Source: an uncultured Pseudomonadota bacterium (lineage in GTDB: Bacteria; Myxococcota_A; Polyangia; Fen-1088). From it: a stretch of DNA of 64,000 bases. Below are positions 1 through 9,305 of the stretch, piece after piece. How positions within the stretch are numbered: the stretch's first letter is position 1; each line of letters opens with the position of its first letter. The notes under the pieces were generated by a model. That model did no database searches. It was not told the origin of the DNA and worked only from the letters and a program-made list of their open reading frames with translations. The stretch is from assembly GCA_963847705.1 (NCBI GenBank), contig CAWKBC010000040.1, positions 32,001 to 96,000 of the forward strand, written 5' to 3'. A program made the translations under genes and the position numbers.

Positions 1-89
1 CGTCCGGCGCCCTGGTCGCCAAGTTCACCTCCAGCTCGTTCGGCTACTCCGAGTTCCGCGAGTCGCTCTACGGCCAGCCGCCCTACTAG
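1..89 (+). CDS. 3' end of an unidentified CDS (partial)
   Basis: Open frame ...SGALVAKFTSSSFGYSEFRESLYGQPPY* with GC-rich third positions, TAG at 87-89. Confidence 0.55.
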   Translation, partial: SGALVAKFTSSSFGYSEFRESLYGQPPY

Positions 90-173
90 GCTGTCCTGGC
101 CCGTCGGCCCCCTTCCCGTTTCCAGTGGCGCCCACGCCGCCTGAAATGCTAGGTTCCCGGCCTCACGAAATTC

Positions 174-257
174 GCGGTCGTGGCGGAACTGGTAGACGCG
201 CCAGATTCAGGTTCTGGTGATGGTAACATTGTGGGAGTTCGACTCTCCCCGACCGCA
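174..257 (+). tRNA. tRNA-Leu(CAG), CCA not encoded
   Basis: Acceptor GCGGTCG/CGACCGC+A, D-arm TGGCGGAACTGGTAGACGC, anticodon arm CCAGA-TTCAGGT-TCTGG (CAG 208-210), long variable arm, T-loop GTTCGACTC. Confidence 0.97.
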
Positions 258-279
258 CAAATTCAAGTACTTAGGCGAT

Positions 280-1350
280 TTATGCGGCGTCCCAATCGGG
301 TGCGGAACTCTTGCGGAAGTTCCGCAAAGAAGTCATCACCAGATCGGTTCTTGCGTCGATGACGGCCTCCGGTTTCGCGTAGTGATCCGCCGTCACCGCG
401 AACGACTCGTGACCGAGCGCCCGCGCCACGGCATCCCCGGTGACGCCCGCTTGAACGGCGAGCGTCGCGTGCGTCCCACGAAGGCCGTGTGGGCTCACGA
501 TCGGAGTTTTGGCCAAACGGCAGATACGCTGCACGGCCGAACGGAGCCACCATCGGTCGGCATCGGGCCCGAACAGACGCTCGGTCGGTTCCTTGCCCGC
601 CGCCAGCCGTGCCAGCAGCGGCTGAAGCACCGCCGGGAGCCGGAGGCGTCGAATGCCCGCCCTCGTCTTGGCGCGAGGAATCACCAAGACACGCCCGTCG
701 TCGTCGAGGTCGCGGACCAAACGGTCCGTCACCTCTGAGGCCCTCATCCCCATGAGCAGCGCCGTCGCTGCTGCCAGCGCGCCCACGTCGTCGGTCGCCA
801 GCTCCAACGCTGTCGCCAACCATCGGCGGGCATCGTCCACCCGGTCGAGCTGTTCCTTACCTCTGGAGCGCTCCCCGAGTATCTCGATGCCATCGAAGGG
901 CTCTGGGACCTTCGTCCAGCGCTGCTTCAGGCACCAGCGCATGAACGTCTTCGCTTCGTGAAGGACGTTGATCCGGGTATCGACGGCCGGCGGCTTCCCC
1001 GTGCGGGTCGGTCGCGAGACGTACCCGTTCCAGATTCTGACGGCGTCGTCGCAGGTGAGTGCCACGACGTAGTGGGTCTGGTCCTTGAACAGCGACCGAA
1101 GCCGCTCCAGCGTGCTGCAGATCGAGAGGGGCTTGTTCCCCTTCTCGGTCAGGTGCTTTTCGTAGGTCATCAGAGCCCCGTCGATGCTGATACCGATTTC
1201 CCTCTCAGCTTTACGGCGGAGTCTGTTGATGGCGCTTCTTGCTTCTATCTCGGTCGGAAACATCGTGTTGGTCGACTTGCCGGTGACGCGGTCGACGACC
1301 TTCACCCTCCAACCTTTTCTCTCTTGATATGGTCCATGAATGCGACGCAT
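280..1350 (-). CDS. Tyrosine recombinase/integrase (start likely MRRIHG at 1350; ORF open to 1524)
   Basis: GMRASEV, KTRAG, HGLRGTH, LGHES, HY catalytic motifs; abuts tRNA 3' end. Confidence 0.93.
   Translation of the reverse strand: MRRIHGPYQERKGWRVKVVDRVTGKSTNTMFPTEIEARSAINRLRRKAEREIGISIDGALMTYEKHLTEKGNKPLSICSTLERLRSLFKDQTHYVVALTCDDAVRIWNGYVSRPTRTGKPPAVDTRINVLHEAKTFMRWCLKQRWTKVPEPFDGIEILGERSRGKEQLDRVDDARRWLATALELATDDVGALAAATALLMGMRASEVTDRLVRDLDDDGRVLVIPRAKTRAGIRRLRLPAVLQPLLARLAAGKEPTERLFGPDADRWWLRSAVQRICRLAKTPIVSPHGLRGTHATLAVQAGVTGDAVARALGHESFAVTADHYAKPEAVIDARTDLVMTSLRNFRKSSAPDWDAA
301..327. repeat. Candidate integrase arm-type sites TGCGGAAC/GT, left end of island 1
   Basis: TGCGGAACT, TTGCGGAAGT and inverted TTCCGCAA; same motif recurs at 33435-33453. 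Confidence 0.55.
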
Positions 1351-1570
1351 CGGTTTCCCTTTCGACAGGGTTGATGCGTCGCCGGATTCGTCGGCTATTC
1401 CGTTCTCAGAGAGCTGGCCTTCACCCTGATCCTGCGCGGATTCGCTGTCAACCTCGGCCAGCAGCGCCCGCAGCGCAGCGATCTGATCGGGGGTGAGCGC
1501 CGTCGTCGGCATGGCTAGGCGCACAACCTTCGGACAGGCGCGCGGAGCCTGAGCCGGAGGTCACTGGTGC

Positions 1571-2332
1571 TCATGATCGCTTCGCCCTTCGACGGCGCGA
1601 AGCGTGGGCGCTTTCAGCCGCCCTCGTCGCCGCCTTCCGACGGACCCGCACGGCCTCGGGCGCCCTTTTCTCCAGGACCTTTCGAATGGTGGTCAGAACA
1701 AGCGTGTGCCTACGGCAGGCCCATGACCGACCGAAGCGCAGCTTCTGGGCCGCGTCACTCAGGCTCCGGTCCTCGCGGTAGCAGAGGTGGAGCAGTCGCC
1801 GATCGCGCTCGGGAAGACGCTCGATCTCCACCTTTGTGAGCGCTTCGAGCTGGTCGTCCTGGACCGCCGCCGGCTGCACGAACCGCCGCCCGTTCCACCA
1901 GGCGTTGCGCTCCGTTTCATCGACCTCGGCGACATCGAGGGACGCCCCGGCCGCCGGTCCAGTCCGTTGAGTGTAGGGCCCAGCCTCCGACCCCTTTGGC
2001 GTGCCCTGCAGTCGCTTGTAGGTGCGCTTTGGGACCCAGTGATGTTTGCGGATTCCGTCGAATATCGCTCCCTTGATCCGACGCCGAGCGAAGGCCTCGA
2101 AAGGAACCCCTCTTTCGGACTCGAAGGTTTGGGCGGCCTGGAGCAGCCCGAAAGCCCCCTCGCCGAAAAGATCCGCGAGGTCGATATTGCTGCCGGCAGA
2201 TGTTGCCGCGATGCCCTTGGCGATCTCATGGACGAGATCCATGTGAGCTTCGACGAGTCGGTTGCGCGCGACCAGGTCGACCGCGGCAGTAGGCCGACCG
2301 TGGCTCTTGCTGGGTCCCTTGGGCCTTGGCAT
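1571..2332 (-). CDS. Sigma-70 family sigma factor, FliA/WhiG-like
   Basis: Region 2 (RNRLVEAHMDLVHEIAK...DLFGEGAFGLLQAAQTFESERGVPFEAFARRRIKGAIFD), region 4 HTH (LPERDRRLLHLCYREDRSLSDAAQKL); ATG 2332 with upstream GAGG. Confidence 0.88.
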   Translation of the reverse strand: MPRPKGPSKSHGRPTAAVDLVARNRLVEAHMDLVHEIAKGIAATSAGSNIDLADLFGEGAFGLLQAAQTFESERGVPFEAFARRRIKGAIFDGIRKHHWVPKRTYKRLQGTPKGSEAGPYTQRTGPAAGASLDVAEVDETERNAWWNGRRFVQPAAVQDDQLEALTKVEIERLPERDRRLLHLCYREDRSLSDAAQKLRFGRSWACRRHTLVLTTIRKVLEKRAPEAVRVRRKAATRAAESAHASRRRRAKRS

Positions 2333-2378
2333 CTTTCGTCCCTCTTTCGCTCGCCGATGGCGGGCGGTAGGAACGAAT

Positions 2379-2394
2379 GGCAACTGCCGTGCCT
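2379..2394 (-). promoter_or_regulatory. Putative sigma-54 (-24/-12) promoter of the sigma factor gene
   Basis: Minus strand AGGCACGGCAGTTGCC vs consensus TGGCACG-N4-TTGC, GG-N10-GC spacing exact. Confidence 0.6.
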
Positions 2395-2467
2395 GGCGCA
2401 GTCAGCACTGACCGGCCCAGAAAAGGCCAGAATATCGGGATCTCGACAGCGATACGACGTAGCGGTT

Positions 2468-2514
2468 GTTTCAACCCGGCGTTTCACGCTGTTTCATGAA
2501 ACGCGCGTGAAACG
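2468..2514. promoter_or_regulatory. Nested palindrome / GTTTCA repeat array (operator or enhancer)
   Basis: CGTTTCACGC-T-GTTTCATGAAAC-GC-GCGTGAAACG (2480-2514) plus another GTTTCA at 2468. Confidence 0.6.
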
Positions 2515-2566
2515 GTCAGCCTCTCCACCTAGCCGTGCTACGTTTTAGGTGTCTAACGGGTTCACC

Positions 2567-2812
2567 ATGGCGCGCATCCAAGCCGAAGTGCAGGCACTTG
2601 CAGAGCGTATCCAAGCGCTGGCCGACGCCGATCGGGCGAAGATCCTCGCTCAGGTGATGCAGGCCGAGGGGACGAAGGTCCCCTGGTCCGCCGTTCAGCG
2701 GGTGCAGAGTCGCGTCCGCCGAATCGGGCTCCGCGGCGAGAAGCTTGACCGCGACATCGTCAGCACCGTCCGCCAGGTCCGCCGGGATCGCGCGCGCAAG
2801 TCCCGCGGATAA
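2567..2812 (+). CDS. Putative antitoxin (small protein upstream of PIN toxin)
   Basis: ~81-aa ORF ending 3 nt before the PIN gene. Confidence 0.6.
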   Translation: MARIQAEVQALAERIQALADADRAKILAQVMQAEGTKVPWSAVQRVQSRVRRIGLRGEKLDRDIVSTVRQVRRDRARKSRG

Positions 2813-2815
2813 GGC

Positions 2816-3295
2816 GTGCCCGCTCCACGGGCCGTCCTCGACACGAGCGTGCTCGTCAGCGCGATACTGCGTCCCGACGGTCCGTCTGGCGCCGTGCTGA
2901 GCGCTGCGCGACGAGGTAGGTTCGTGATGATCGCGTCGCCGGCGATTCTCGACGAGCTGGTCGACGTACTGACCCGGCCCAAGCTTCGCGCGCAGGCCCG
3001 ACTCACTTTCGAGGACGTCGCGAGGATCCGCGTCGGTCTCCAGCAATTCGCCGAGACCGTCCCTGGGGCGTATCGCGACCTGGATGCCGTTCCGACGGAT
3101 CCCCAGGACAACCCTGTTGTCGCGACCGCTCTAGAAGGGGAGGCCGACCACCTCGTGACCTTGGATGAACACGATCTCCTCGCTCTAAAAGTCATTCTCG
3201 GTCGTGCTCACCGCCCTGTGCAGATCGTCAGCCCGCCAGACTTCCTCGTGACGCTGTCCCTGCGTAGGCGCGGGCGCCGCCCACGGCGAGGCTGA
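2816..3295 (+). CDS. PIN-domain toxin (PIN_3/TIGR00305-like)
   Basis: RAVLDTSVLVSA, ILDELVDVL, DPQDNPVVATA, LVTLDEHDLL acidic motifs. Confidence 0.88.
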   Translation: MPAPRAVLDTSVLVSAILRPDGPSGAVLSAARRGRFVMIASPAILDELVDVLTRPKLRAQARLTFEDVARIRVGLQQFAETVPGAYRDLDAVPTDPQDNPVVATALEGEADHLVTLDEHDLLALKVILGRAHRPVQIVSPPDFLVTLSLRRRGRRPRRG

Positions 3296-3380
3296 GAGTC
3301 GGTAGGCGTGACGCGACGTCCCCTTCTTTCATCATATGGGCACATAGCAGTCTGCGAGCCGCTCTCCGCCGCGTGTAACA

Positions 3381-4901
3381 ATGAGCACGATGAACCTCAG
3401 CCCATCTCAGGAACGTGCCGTCGCGGCGCTCCGGCCCGATTGGCCGGATACCGAGTCGTTCGTGCTGTGGGCACCGTACGGTCTGGGGCGGTCCACGATG
3501 CTGCGCGCCGTGCAAAAGGAGCGCGGCGGAATCGTCCTCGACATGGCGTCGTATCTGGAACGCCTCACCGAGGCAGAGCCTTTGGCACTCGAAGAGACCT
3601 TGCACCAAATGCTGTTCGGCGCTCTGCGGGAGAATGAGGTCGTCCTCGTCGACGATCTTCACCTGTTGAACAGCGTCGTCTGCTGCAACAGCTTCTATCC
3701 GAAAAAGGACTTTCTCAACGCGCCACTCGAGGTGGCCGCGGCGTTCGCACGCGAAAAGGGTCGCAAGCTGGTCTTCACGATGCCGAGCGGGATGCCGCAG
3801 CCCATCGCCGGGCGCGCCCACTTCCAGGGATACAAGCGGCTCCAGCCCGCCGACTTTCGGTTCTTCTTCGACCTCTACCTCGGCGCCGACGGTGGGGATC
3901 TGGACGTCGCGAAGATTCATCGCTTTGCGCCCAAGTTGAATCTGCACCAGATCCGACTCGCCAGCCTGGAGCTGCGGCGCAAGGGGAAGCCAACCACCGA
4001 CGGCATGATCGACTACCTGCGCACGTCGCAGATGATCAGCAACGTCGACATCGGCGAGGTCCAGGATGTCGACCTCTCGTCGCTGCGCGGAGTCGACGAT
4101 ATCGTCGCTGCGCTCGAGGCGAACATCATCTTGCCGCTCGAGGACGACGTGCTGGCGACCGAGCTCAAGATCAAACCCAAGCGCGGCGTCTTGATCGCGG
4201 GTCCGCCCGGAACCGGAAAGACCACCATCGGCCGGGCGCTCGCCCGGCGCCTGCGTGGCAAGTTCTTCCTAATCGACGGAACGTTCATCAGCGGGTCGCG
4301 CAACTTCTACCAGCGCATCCATCAGGTCTTCGAAGGCGCGAAGCAGAACGCCCCAGCCGTTATCTTCATCGACGACAGCGACGTCATCTTCGAGAACGGC
4401 AAGGAGCATGGTCTGTACCGTTACCTCCTCACGGCGCTCGACGGGCTCGAGAGCGAGAGCGCCGGTCGCGTGTGCGTGATGATGACCGCCATGGACGTGG
4501 GCGCCCTCCCGGCGGCGTTGGTGCGCTCGGGACGCGTCGAGCTGTGGCTCGAGACGCGGCTGCCGGATCGTGGTGCGCGCCTGCAGATCCTGCAGGATCT
4601 GATGCGCGACGTGCCGCCGCCGTTTCCAGAGGCCGATCTCGAGAAGCTGGCCGACGAGACCAACGATATGACGGGTGCCGACGTCAAGCGCCTGATCGAG
4701 GACGGCAAGGTTCTCTTCGCCTACGACCGCTCCCGCAAGCTTCCCCTGAAGCCAGTGACGGATTACTTCGTCCAGGCTATCGCGACGGTCCGCGAGAACA
4801 AGAAGCGCTACGCCGAAGCCGAGGCCCGAATCCGCAGCCGCCCGCACATTCCGGAGAATCCGTACGGCTACGTCCCAGATTTCGGCGGCGACGACGACTG
4901 A
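3381..4901 (+). CDS. AAA+ ATPase with degenerate N-terminal P-loop domain and intact C-terminal AAA domain
   Basis: APYGLGRST (degenerate), GPPGTGKTT, IFIDDSD, LVRSGR. Confidence 0.85.
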   Translation: MSTMNLSPSQERAVAALRPDWPDTESFVLWAPYGLGRSTMLRAVQKERGGIVLDMASYLERLTEAEPLALEETLHQMLFGALRENEVVLVDDLHLLNSVVCCNSFYPKKDFLNAPLEVAAAFAREKGRKLVFTMPSGMPQPIAGRAHFQGYKRLQPADFRFFFDLYLGADGGDLDVAKIHRFAPKLNLHQIRLASLELRRKGKPTTDGMIDYLRTSQMISNVDIGEVQDVDLSSLRGVDDIVAALEANIILPLEDDVLATELKIKPKRGVLIAGPPGTGKTTIGRALARRLRGKFFLIDGTFISGSRNFYQRIHQVFEGAKQNAPAVIFIDDSDVIFENGKEHGLYRYLLTALDGLESESAGRVCVMMTAMDVGALPAALVRSGRVELWLETRLPDRGARLQILQDLMRDVPPPFPEADLEKLADETNDMTGADVKRLIEDGKVLFAYDRSRKLPLKPVTDYFVQAIATVRENKKRYAEAEARIRSRPHIPENPYGYVPDFGGDDD

Positions 4902-6001
4902 TGATCAGTCACCTTCACGTCGAAGGTTACCGCTCGATCCGCAAACTCCGCCTGGATCTCGGAGCGGTCAACGTCGTCTTGGGACCGAACGGGAGCGGCA
5001 AGACCAATCTCTATCGCGCTCTCTACCTCCTGGCGGAGGCCGCCCATGGGCGGTTCGCCCGCGCGCTCGCCGACGAGGGGGGCATGCCCTCGGCTCTCTG
5101 GGCAGGCACCCGTCGGAAAGGACCGGTCAGGATGGTCTTCGGTGCCACGATCGATGCGTTCACGTACGAACTGGCGTGCGGACTGCCCCAGGCCGTCGGC
5201 ATGGGTCGCTTCACGCTCGATCCACGCGTAAAGGAAGAGAGCGCGGCCTTCTTCGACGGCAAGCGCTCCACCCCGCTGCTTCAGAGGGAGAACGCCACAA
5301 CCTGGCTCCGCGACGCCGACGGGGTTCGCGTCAGCTATCCGATCGCGCTACGAGACGCTGAGTCGGTCCTTTCCCAGCTTCAAGACCCGCAGCGCTATCC
5401 AGTCGTCGCGAGCCTGGCTAGCGAGCTGCGCTCATGGCGCTTCTATCACCACTTCCGTACTGACCACGAGTCGCCCCTGCGCCAGCCGCAGGTAGGCATT
5501 CAAACTCCTGTTCTATCCTCCGACGGAACCGACCTCGCAGCGGCGCTCGAAACGATCTTCCAGATCGGCGACAGCCAAGCGCTGAATGAAGAGCTGGAAC
5601 GCGCGTTCCCAGGGGCAAAGCTGGAGATTGACGTCCGCGAGGGCGAAGCACGGTTCGCCGTCCAGATGACGATGCCTGGAATAACGCGCCCGCTTCGCGC
5701 CGCCGAGCTGTCCGACGGTACGCTCCGGTACCTCTGCTTGCTGGCCGCGCTGCTAAGCCCACGACCACCAACGTTCCTCGCGCTCAACGAGCCCGAAACC
5801 AGCCTGCACCCCGATCTCCTTGAACCGTTGGCCCACCTCGTCGCGCGCGCTGGGAAGACGTCGCAGATCTGTCTCACCACGCACGCGGAGCAGCTGGCCA
5901 CCACCATCGCCCGCCTCACGGGCAGGCCCGCCGTCCACCTCGAGAAGGTCGACGGGGAGACGCGTGTGGTCGAGGCGGATTCGGGTCGCGAGGACGAGTA
6001 G
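4901..6001 (+). CDS. ABC-type ATPase (AAA_21/COG4637-like)
   Basis: ATG overlaps upstream TGA; GPNGSGKTN, LSDGT, LNEPETSLHP, TTH. Confidence 0.88.
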   Translation: MISHLHVEGYRSIRKLRLDLGAVNVVLGPNGSGKTNLYRALYLLAEAAHGRFARALADEGGMPSALWAGTRRKGPVRMVFGATIDAFTYELACGLPQAVGMGRFTLDPRVKEESAAFFDGKRSTPLLQRENATTWLRDADGVRVSYPIALRDAESVLSQLQDPQRYPVVASLASELRSWRFYHHFRTDHESPLRQPQVGIQTPVLSSDGTDLAAALETIFQIGDSQALNEELERAFPGAKLEIDVREGEARFAVQMTMPGITRPLRAAELSDGTLRYLCLLAALLSPRPPTFLALNEPETSLHPDLLEPLAHLVARAGKTSQICLTTHAEQLATTIARLTGRPAVHLEKVDGETRVVEADSGREDE

Positions 6002-6014
6002 GGCCCCAGGCATG

Positions 6015-6275
6015 TCAGCCAGCCGATGGAAAATGTAGCTCGACACGATGTCCATCCGGGTCGTCGATCGTCACCGGCGAGCCCGGACGAGGCACAGCGC
6101 CGATCTCCACCAGCGCCGAAAGCACCGCTGAGAGATCGACGAGTCGCAGTCCCAACCGGAGACCACGCGTCGAACCGCTCGCGTCCCGATAGAGTTCGAG
6201 GACAGTCTCACCACTCGGGCCGACCAGTGCCGGGGGGCCCGGGCCGTGCTGCTCGGGTGTCAGCGTCAAACCAAG
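6015..6275 (-). pseudogene. 5'-truncated VOC/glyoxalase-family gene
   Basis: LGLTLTPEQHG... and C-terminal DPDGHRVEL; no N-terminus or RBS. Confidence 0.5.
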
Positions 6276-6352
6276 GGGGTGCGCGAGCTCTCCTCCGCGA
6301 CTAACTGCCCGCCCAGCGAGTGATCGATGAAGAAGATCCAGGGTTCAGGCAG
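6266..6352 (-). pseudogene. Truncated VapC45-like PIN toxin (about 20 recognisable codons)
   Basis: Overlaps the antitoxin stop; reads LPEPWIFFIDHSLGGQLVAEE then unrelated sequence and stop. Confidence 0.55.
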
Positions 6353-7040
6353 CAGCCGGGATCGCGGTCCTGATGGCATCGTTCACGTGGTCCGTGGGGA
6401 TGCGGTAGTCGCGGGCGATCTCGCTCGGATCTTCCCCCGCCCGGTACCGGCCAACGATGACGCTGACGGGGATGCCGGTCTCGAAGATGACGGGCTTCCC
6501 GAACGAGAGCTTCGGGTCCATCAAGATCACCTTCGGCCCTCCCTCGGTGCCCCGGACGAACGGGAACAGGCGAGAGGCCACACCCTCTTCGTCGCGGTCG
6601 ATACGGGCGAGCGACTTTCGAATCGCCTCGTCTATTTCCGTCTGGCCTGCGCCGGAGGCGTTGATCAGCCTCCCGAGCTCCTTGACGAAGAGATCGACCC
6701 CATCGGTCTCAAACTCCACCGTGATCAGGGGATGTGGCTGCTGGATCTTGCGCTGCACGAATCGGAGGGCCTTGCGAACCCGCTGCAAGGAGACCCCGTG
6801 CTGACAACGGATGGCCCCCAGGACGTGCGCCTCCACGAGATTCTGAAAGGACAGTAGGCCGCTGCTCGCGGGAAGCTTGATGACCGCTTCAGCCTGACGT
6901 CCGTCCTGGTCGACGCGACCATGAACCCAGGTCTTCAAGGTGGCACGGGGCAGGCGCAGGTACAGAGCCGCCTCGCCGACCGCGTAACGCGGCACCGTGC
7001 GGGGGTCCTTTCCGCCGTAGAGGTCGATCACATTGCCCAC
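6345..7040 (-). CDS. HTH + DUF433 antitoxin (VapB45/Rv2018-like)
   Basis: YAVGEAALYLRLPRATLKTW; LSFQNLVEA; DPKLSFGKPV...RYRAGEDPSEIARDY. Confidence 0.85.
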   Translation of the reverse strand: MGNVIDLYGGKDPRTVPRYAVGEAALYLRLPRATLKTWVHGRVDQDGRQAEAVIKLPASSGLLSFQNLVEAHVLGAIRCQHGVSLQRVRKALRFVQRKIQQPHPLITVEFETDGVDLFVKELGRLINASGAGQTEIDEAIRKSLARIDRDEEGVASRLFPFVRGTEGGPKVILMDPKLSFGKPVIFETGIPVSVIVGRYRAGEDPSEIARDYRIPTDHVNDAIRTAIPAAA

Positions 7041-7105
7041 GCGTCAAAAGTACTACAGCGTCCGACGGCCTTCCCCGCCAGTACCTTCCCGTCGCCGACG
7101 GGCCG

Positions 7106-8005
7106 TCAGTGAATGCACCCCTGCCAAACGTCGTCCGTCCTGACCTCGGCCGACGGAAACAGCGCCCGCGCCTTTTCCCCCACCGCGCGGGTCGACGGAT
7201 CATTCTTTGGGCCGCTGCCCAGAATGACCAGGTAGCCTTGCTCCTCGGCGTCGAAGAACCTGCGAGCCTCGTCGACGCTGACGTAAGCGCCGTCGTCGTC
7301 GCGGCCGCGGGACACGTAGCAGGGGTGCTCCCAGTCGTTGGCCTTGCAGTCGACGGGGGAAAAGGTCAGTCCCCCGTGGCCGTCCGGACGGGCACGTCGC
7401 AGGTCGAGCTTGAGGCCCAACCGCCGCGCGGCGGAGCTCGCGACCCGTCGGGCTTCTGCGTACGACGCAATGGCCGGCAAGACGACGAAGTCCTTTTCGG
7501 CCATCTCGGCGGGACGGGGAGGGATGGTCGGCAGCGGTCCGTACCCGCGCTTCGACGTGACGGTCCAAGGACATCCGACCGGCGTTCCCGGTCGGCCATT
7601 CAGCGAAACCTCAATCCATCCAGTCCTCAGTCCGGAGACGTCAATCCGGTCTCCGCAGGCTTCCCGCGCCGGCTCGGCTACGGAAGCGCTCGCCACGCTG
7701 TTGCTGTTGAGTTGGACCGTGAAGGTACCGCCGGCCAGCTCGAAGCACTTGAGCTCCTTCGCGACCACCAATCCGATCTCCTCCTGGGGTCGTCCCCCGT
7801 AGCCGACCGTGACGTACGTCGGACGCGCTTTCGTCACCCGGCTCCCTCCGGACCTCTGCACGCAAAGGTGCGGTGAAGGGACGGACCCTGCCGACGTCGG
7901 GGATGCGGCTGACACAGGTGGAGCAACCGAGGGCGGAGAGCCACCGTCCTTTGTCGCCGGGACCGCCGCGAGCAGGATCAAGGCGACCGACCACACAGGG
8001 GGCAT
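7106..8005 (-). CDS. Secreted hypothetical protein, Cys-containing, C-terminal GCIH
   Basis: Signal-like N-terminus, Pro/Ser linker. Confidence 0.6.
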   Translation of the reverse strand: MPPVWSVALILLAAVPATKDGGSPPSVAPPVSAASPTSAGSVPSPHLCVQRSGGSRVTKARPTYVTVGYGGRPQEEIGLVVAKELKCFELAGGTFTVQLNSNSVASASVAEPAREACGDRIDVSGLRTGWIEVSLNGRPGTPVGCPWTVTSKRGYGPLPTIPPRPAEMAEKDFVVLPAIASYAEARRVASSAARRLGLKLDLRRARPDGHGGLTFSPVDCKANDWEHPCYVSRGRDDDGAYVSVDEARRFFDAEEQGYLVILGSGPKNDPSTRAVGEKARALFPSAEVRTDDVWQGCIH

Positions 8006-8174
8006 TCTACAACCTTCGAACCGGTGCTCGGCACGTTCGGGCCCGACCGGCGGAAGCCACGCCCGATTCCGGCGCTCGGCGCCCGAATTCCCCGCACGAA
8101 GTCCCCGACATCGCTGGCAAACTAGACGACGCGGAAACGTCGAATGAGGCCTCTTCGTTGGTCTCGATCCAACG

Positions 8175-8892
8175 CTAAGCGGCGGAAGAAGGTTTTGGAG
8201 GCTCGGTCGTCAGACCGAGGATGTCGCCTTCCATGAGCAGACCACGTAAGTAGGCCACGACCCGAGGATGATCCCATTCGGCTGCGCCCTCATGCTTGAA
8301 CGCGACCCGAGAATCGGCGGCGATGACGTAGGTTGCCGGGATGAATTCGGAATCGAACATCCTGGGCATCTGATCGTCCATCAGCGCGAACACGGGAACC
8401 GAGACAGCTTTGTCAGCAACCCAGTTGCGCAAATATTCGAGGTCTCCGTCGCTCGCGATGCACATGAACACGACGCCCTCGGGAGCCAGGATGGTGTGCA
8501 GTCGCTCGATGGCGGCCAGCTCAACAACGCAGGGGGCGCACATGGTCGACCAAAAATTCAAGAACAGCACCCTGTGCATGAAATCGTCGATGGTGACCGA
8601 CGTTCCATCGAGCTTGCGGACCTTCCAGTGATAGATGGCCCGCTCACCACCCGGTACGGGCGCCTCCGGCAGCTTTACACGAAGCCTCTCCATCCGAATT
8701 GTCTCAACCTTCCGTTGCGTGGATGCGACGAAGCCGAATAGAGCAGCCAAACTCAACACCACGCCCACCACGACGCCAGACAGGAAACCCCCTGTGCCGA
8801 TCTTTGCTTCCAGCCACCGCAGCGAAAGCAACACCCCCACTGTTCCGGCGGTAAGGACGAGCAGGTAAGCGGAGCTCTTCTTGGAAACCATG
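8175..8892 (-). CDS. Membrane-anchored TlpA-family thiol-disulfide oxidoreductase
   Basis: Two TM segments, LNFWSTMCAPC, IPATYVI, GAAEW. Confidence 0.85.
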
Positions 8893-9305
8893 CCAGCGCG
8901 GCCAGCGTCGATGATACCTGGGCCGGCTCTACGGAGCGACGATATCGAGCCAAGGAGAGAGGAGAAGGTGACGCGAGCGTTCTGCATCCTGAAATGAGGT
9001 ACGTCGCGTTGGCCCCCCCTGTCGCTGCGCACATCCAGTGTAATCTCGTTGCGTGGGAGCCTGGGGTCCCGGCATCTACCAGAACGACGATGCGCTGGAC
9101 CTGCGTGATCGCTGGCGTGACCTCCTGGGCGCCGGCTTCGACGCCAAGGAGGTCGGTCGGCGCCTGCTCGGCGAACTCGACCTGAAAGACGACGCCGATC
9201 ATTCGCCGTCGTGGCTCGCCCTCGCCGATCTGCTGTGGCGCTCGGGACGACTTGCTGTAGACGGCCACGAAGATCCGAGGAAATCTGACCGTCGGGCCGT
9301 GGCCA

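Noticed and set aside
180-362. 60-aa ORF over the tRNA, and similar ORFs over the att copy near 43140
   Set aside because: Translations of tRNA sequence
2480-2514. parS-like appearance of the GTTTCA palindromes
   Set aside because: Lacks the central CG of TGTTTCACGTGAAACA and no parB is present; kept as operator/enhancer
4472-4900. N-terminal extension of the 509-aa ATPase ORF
   Set aside because: Arg-rich shadow frame of the upstream gene; coupled start at 4901 fits better
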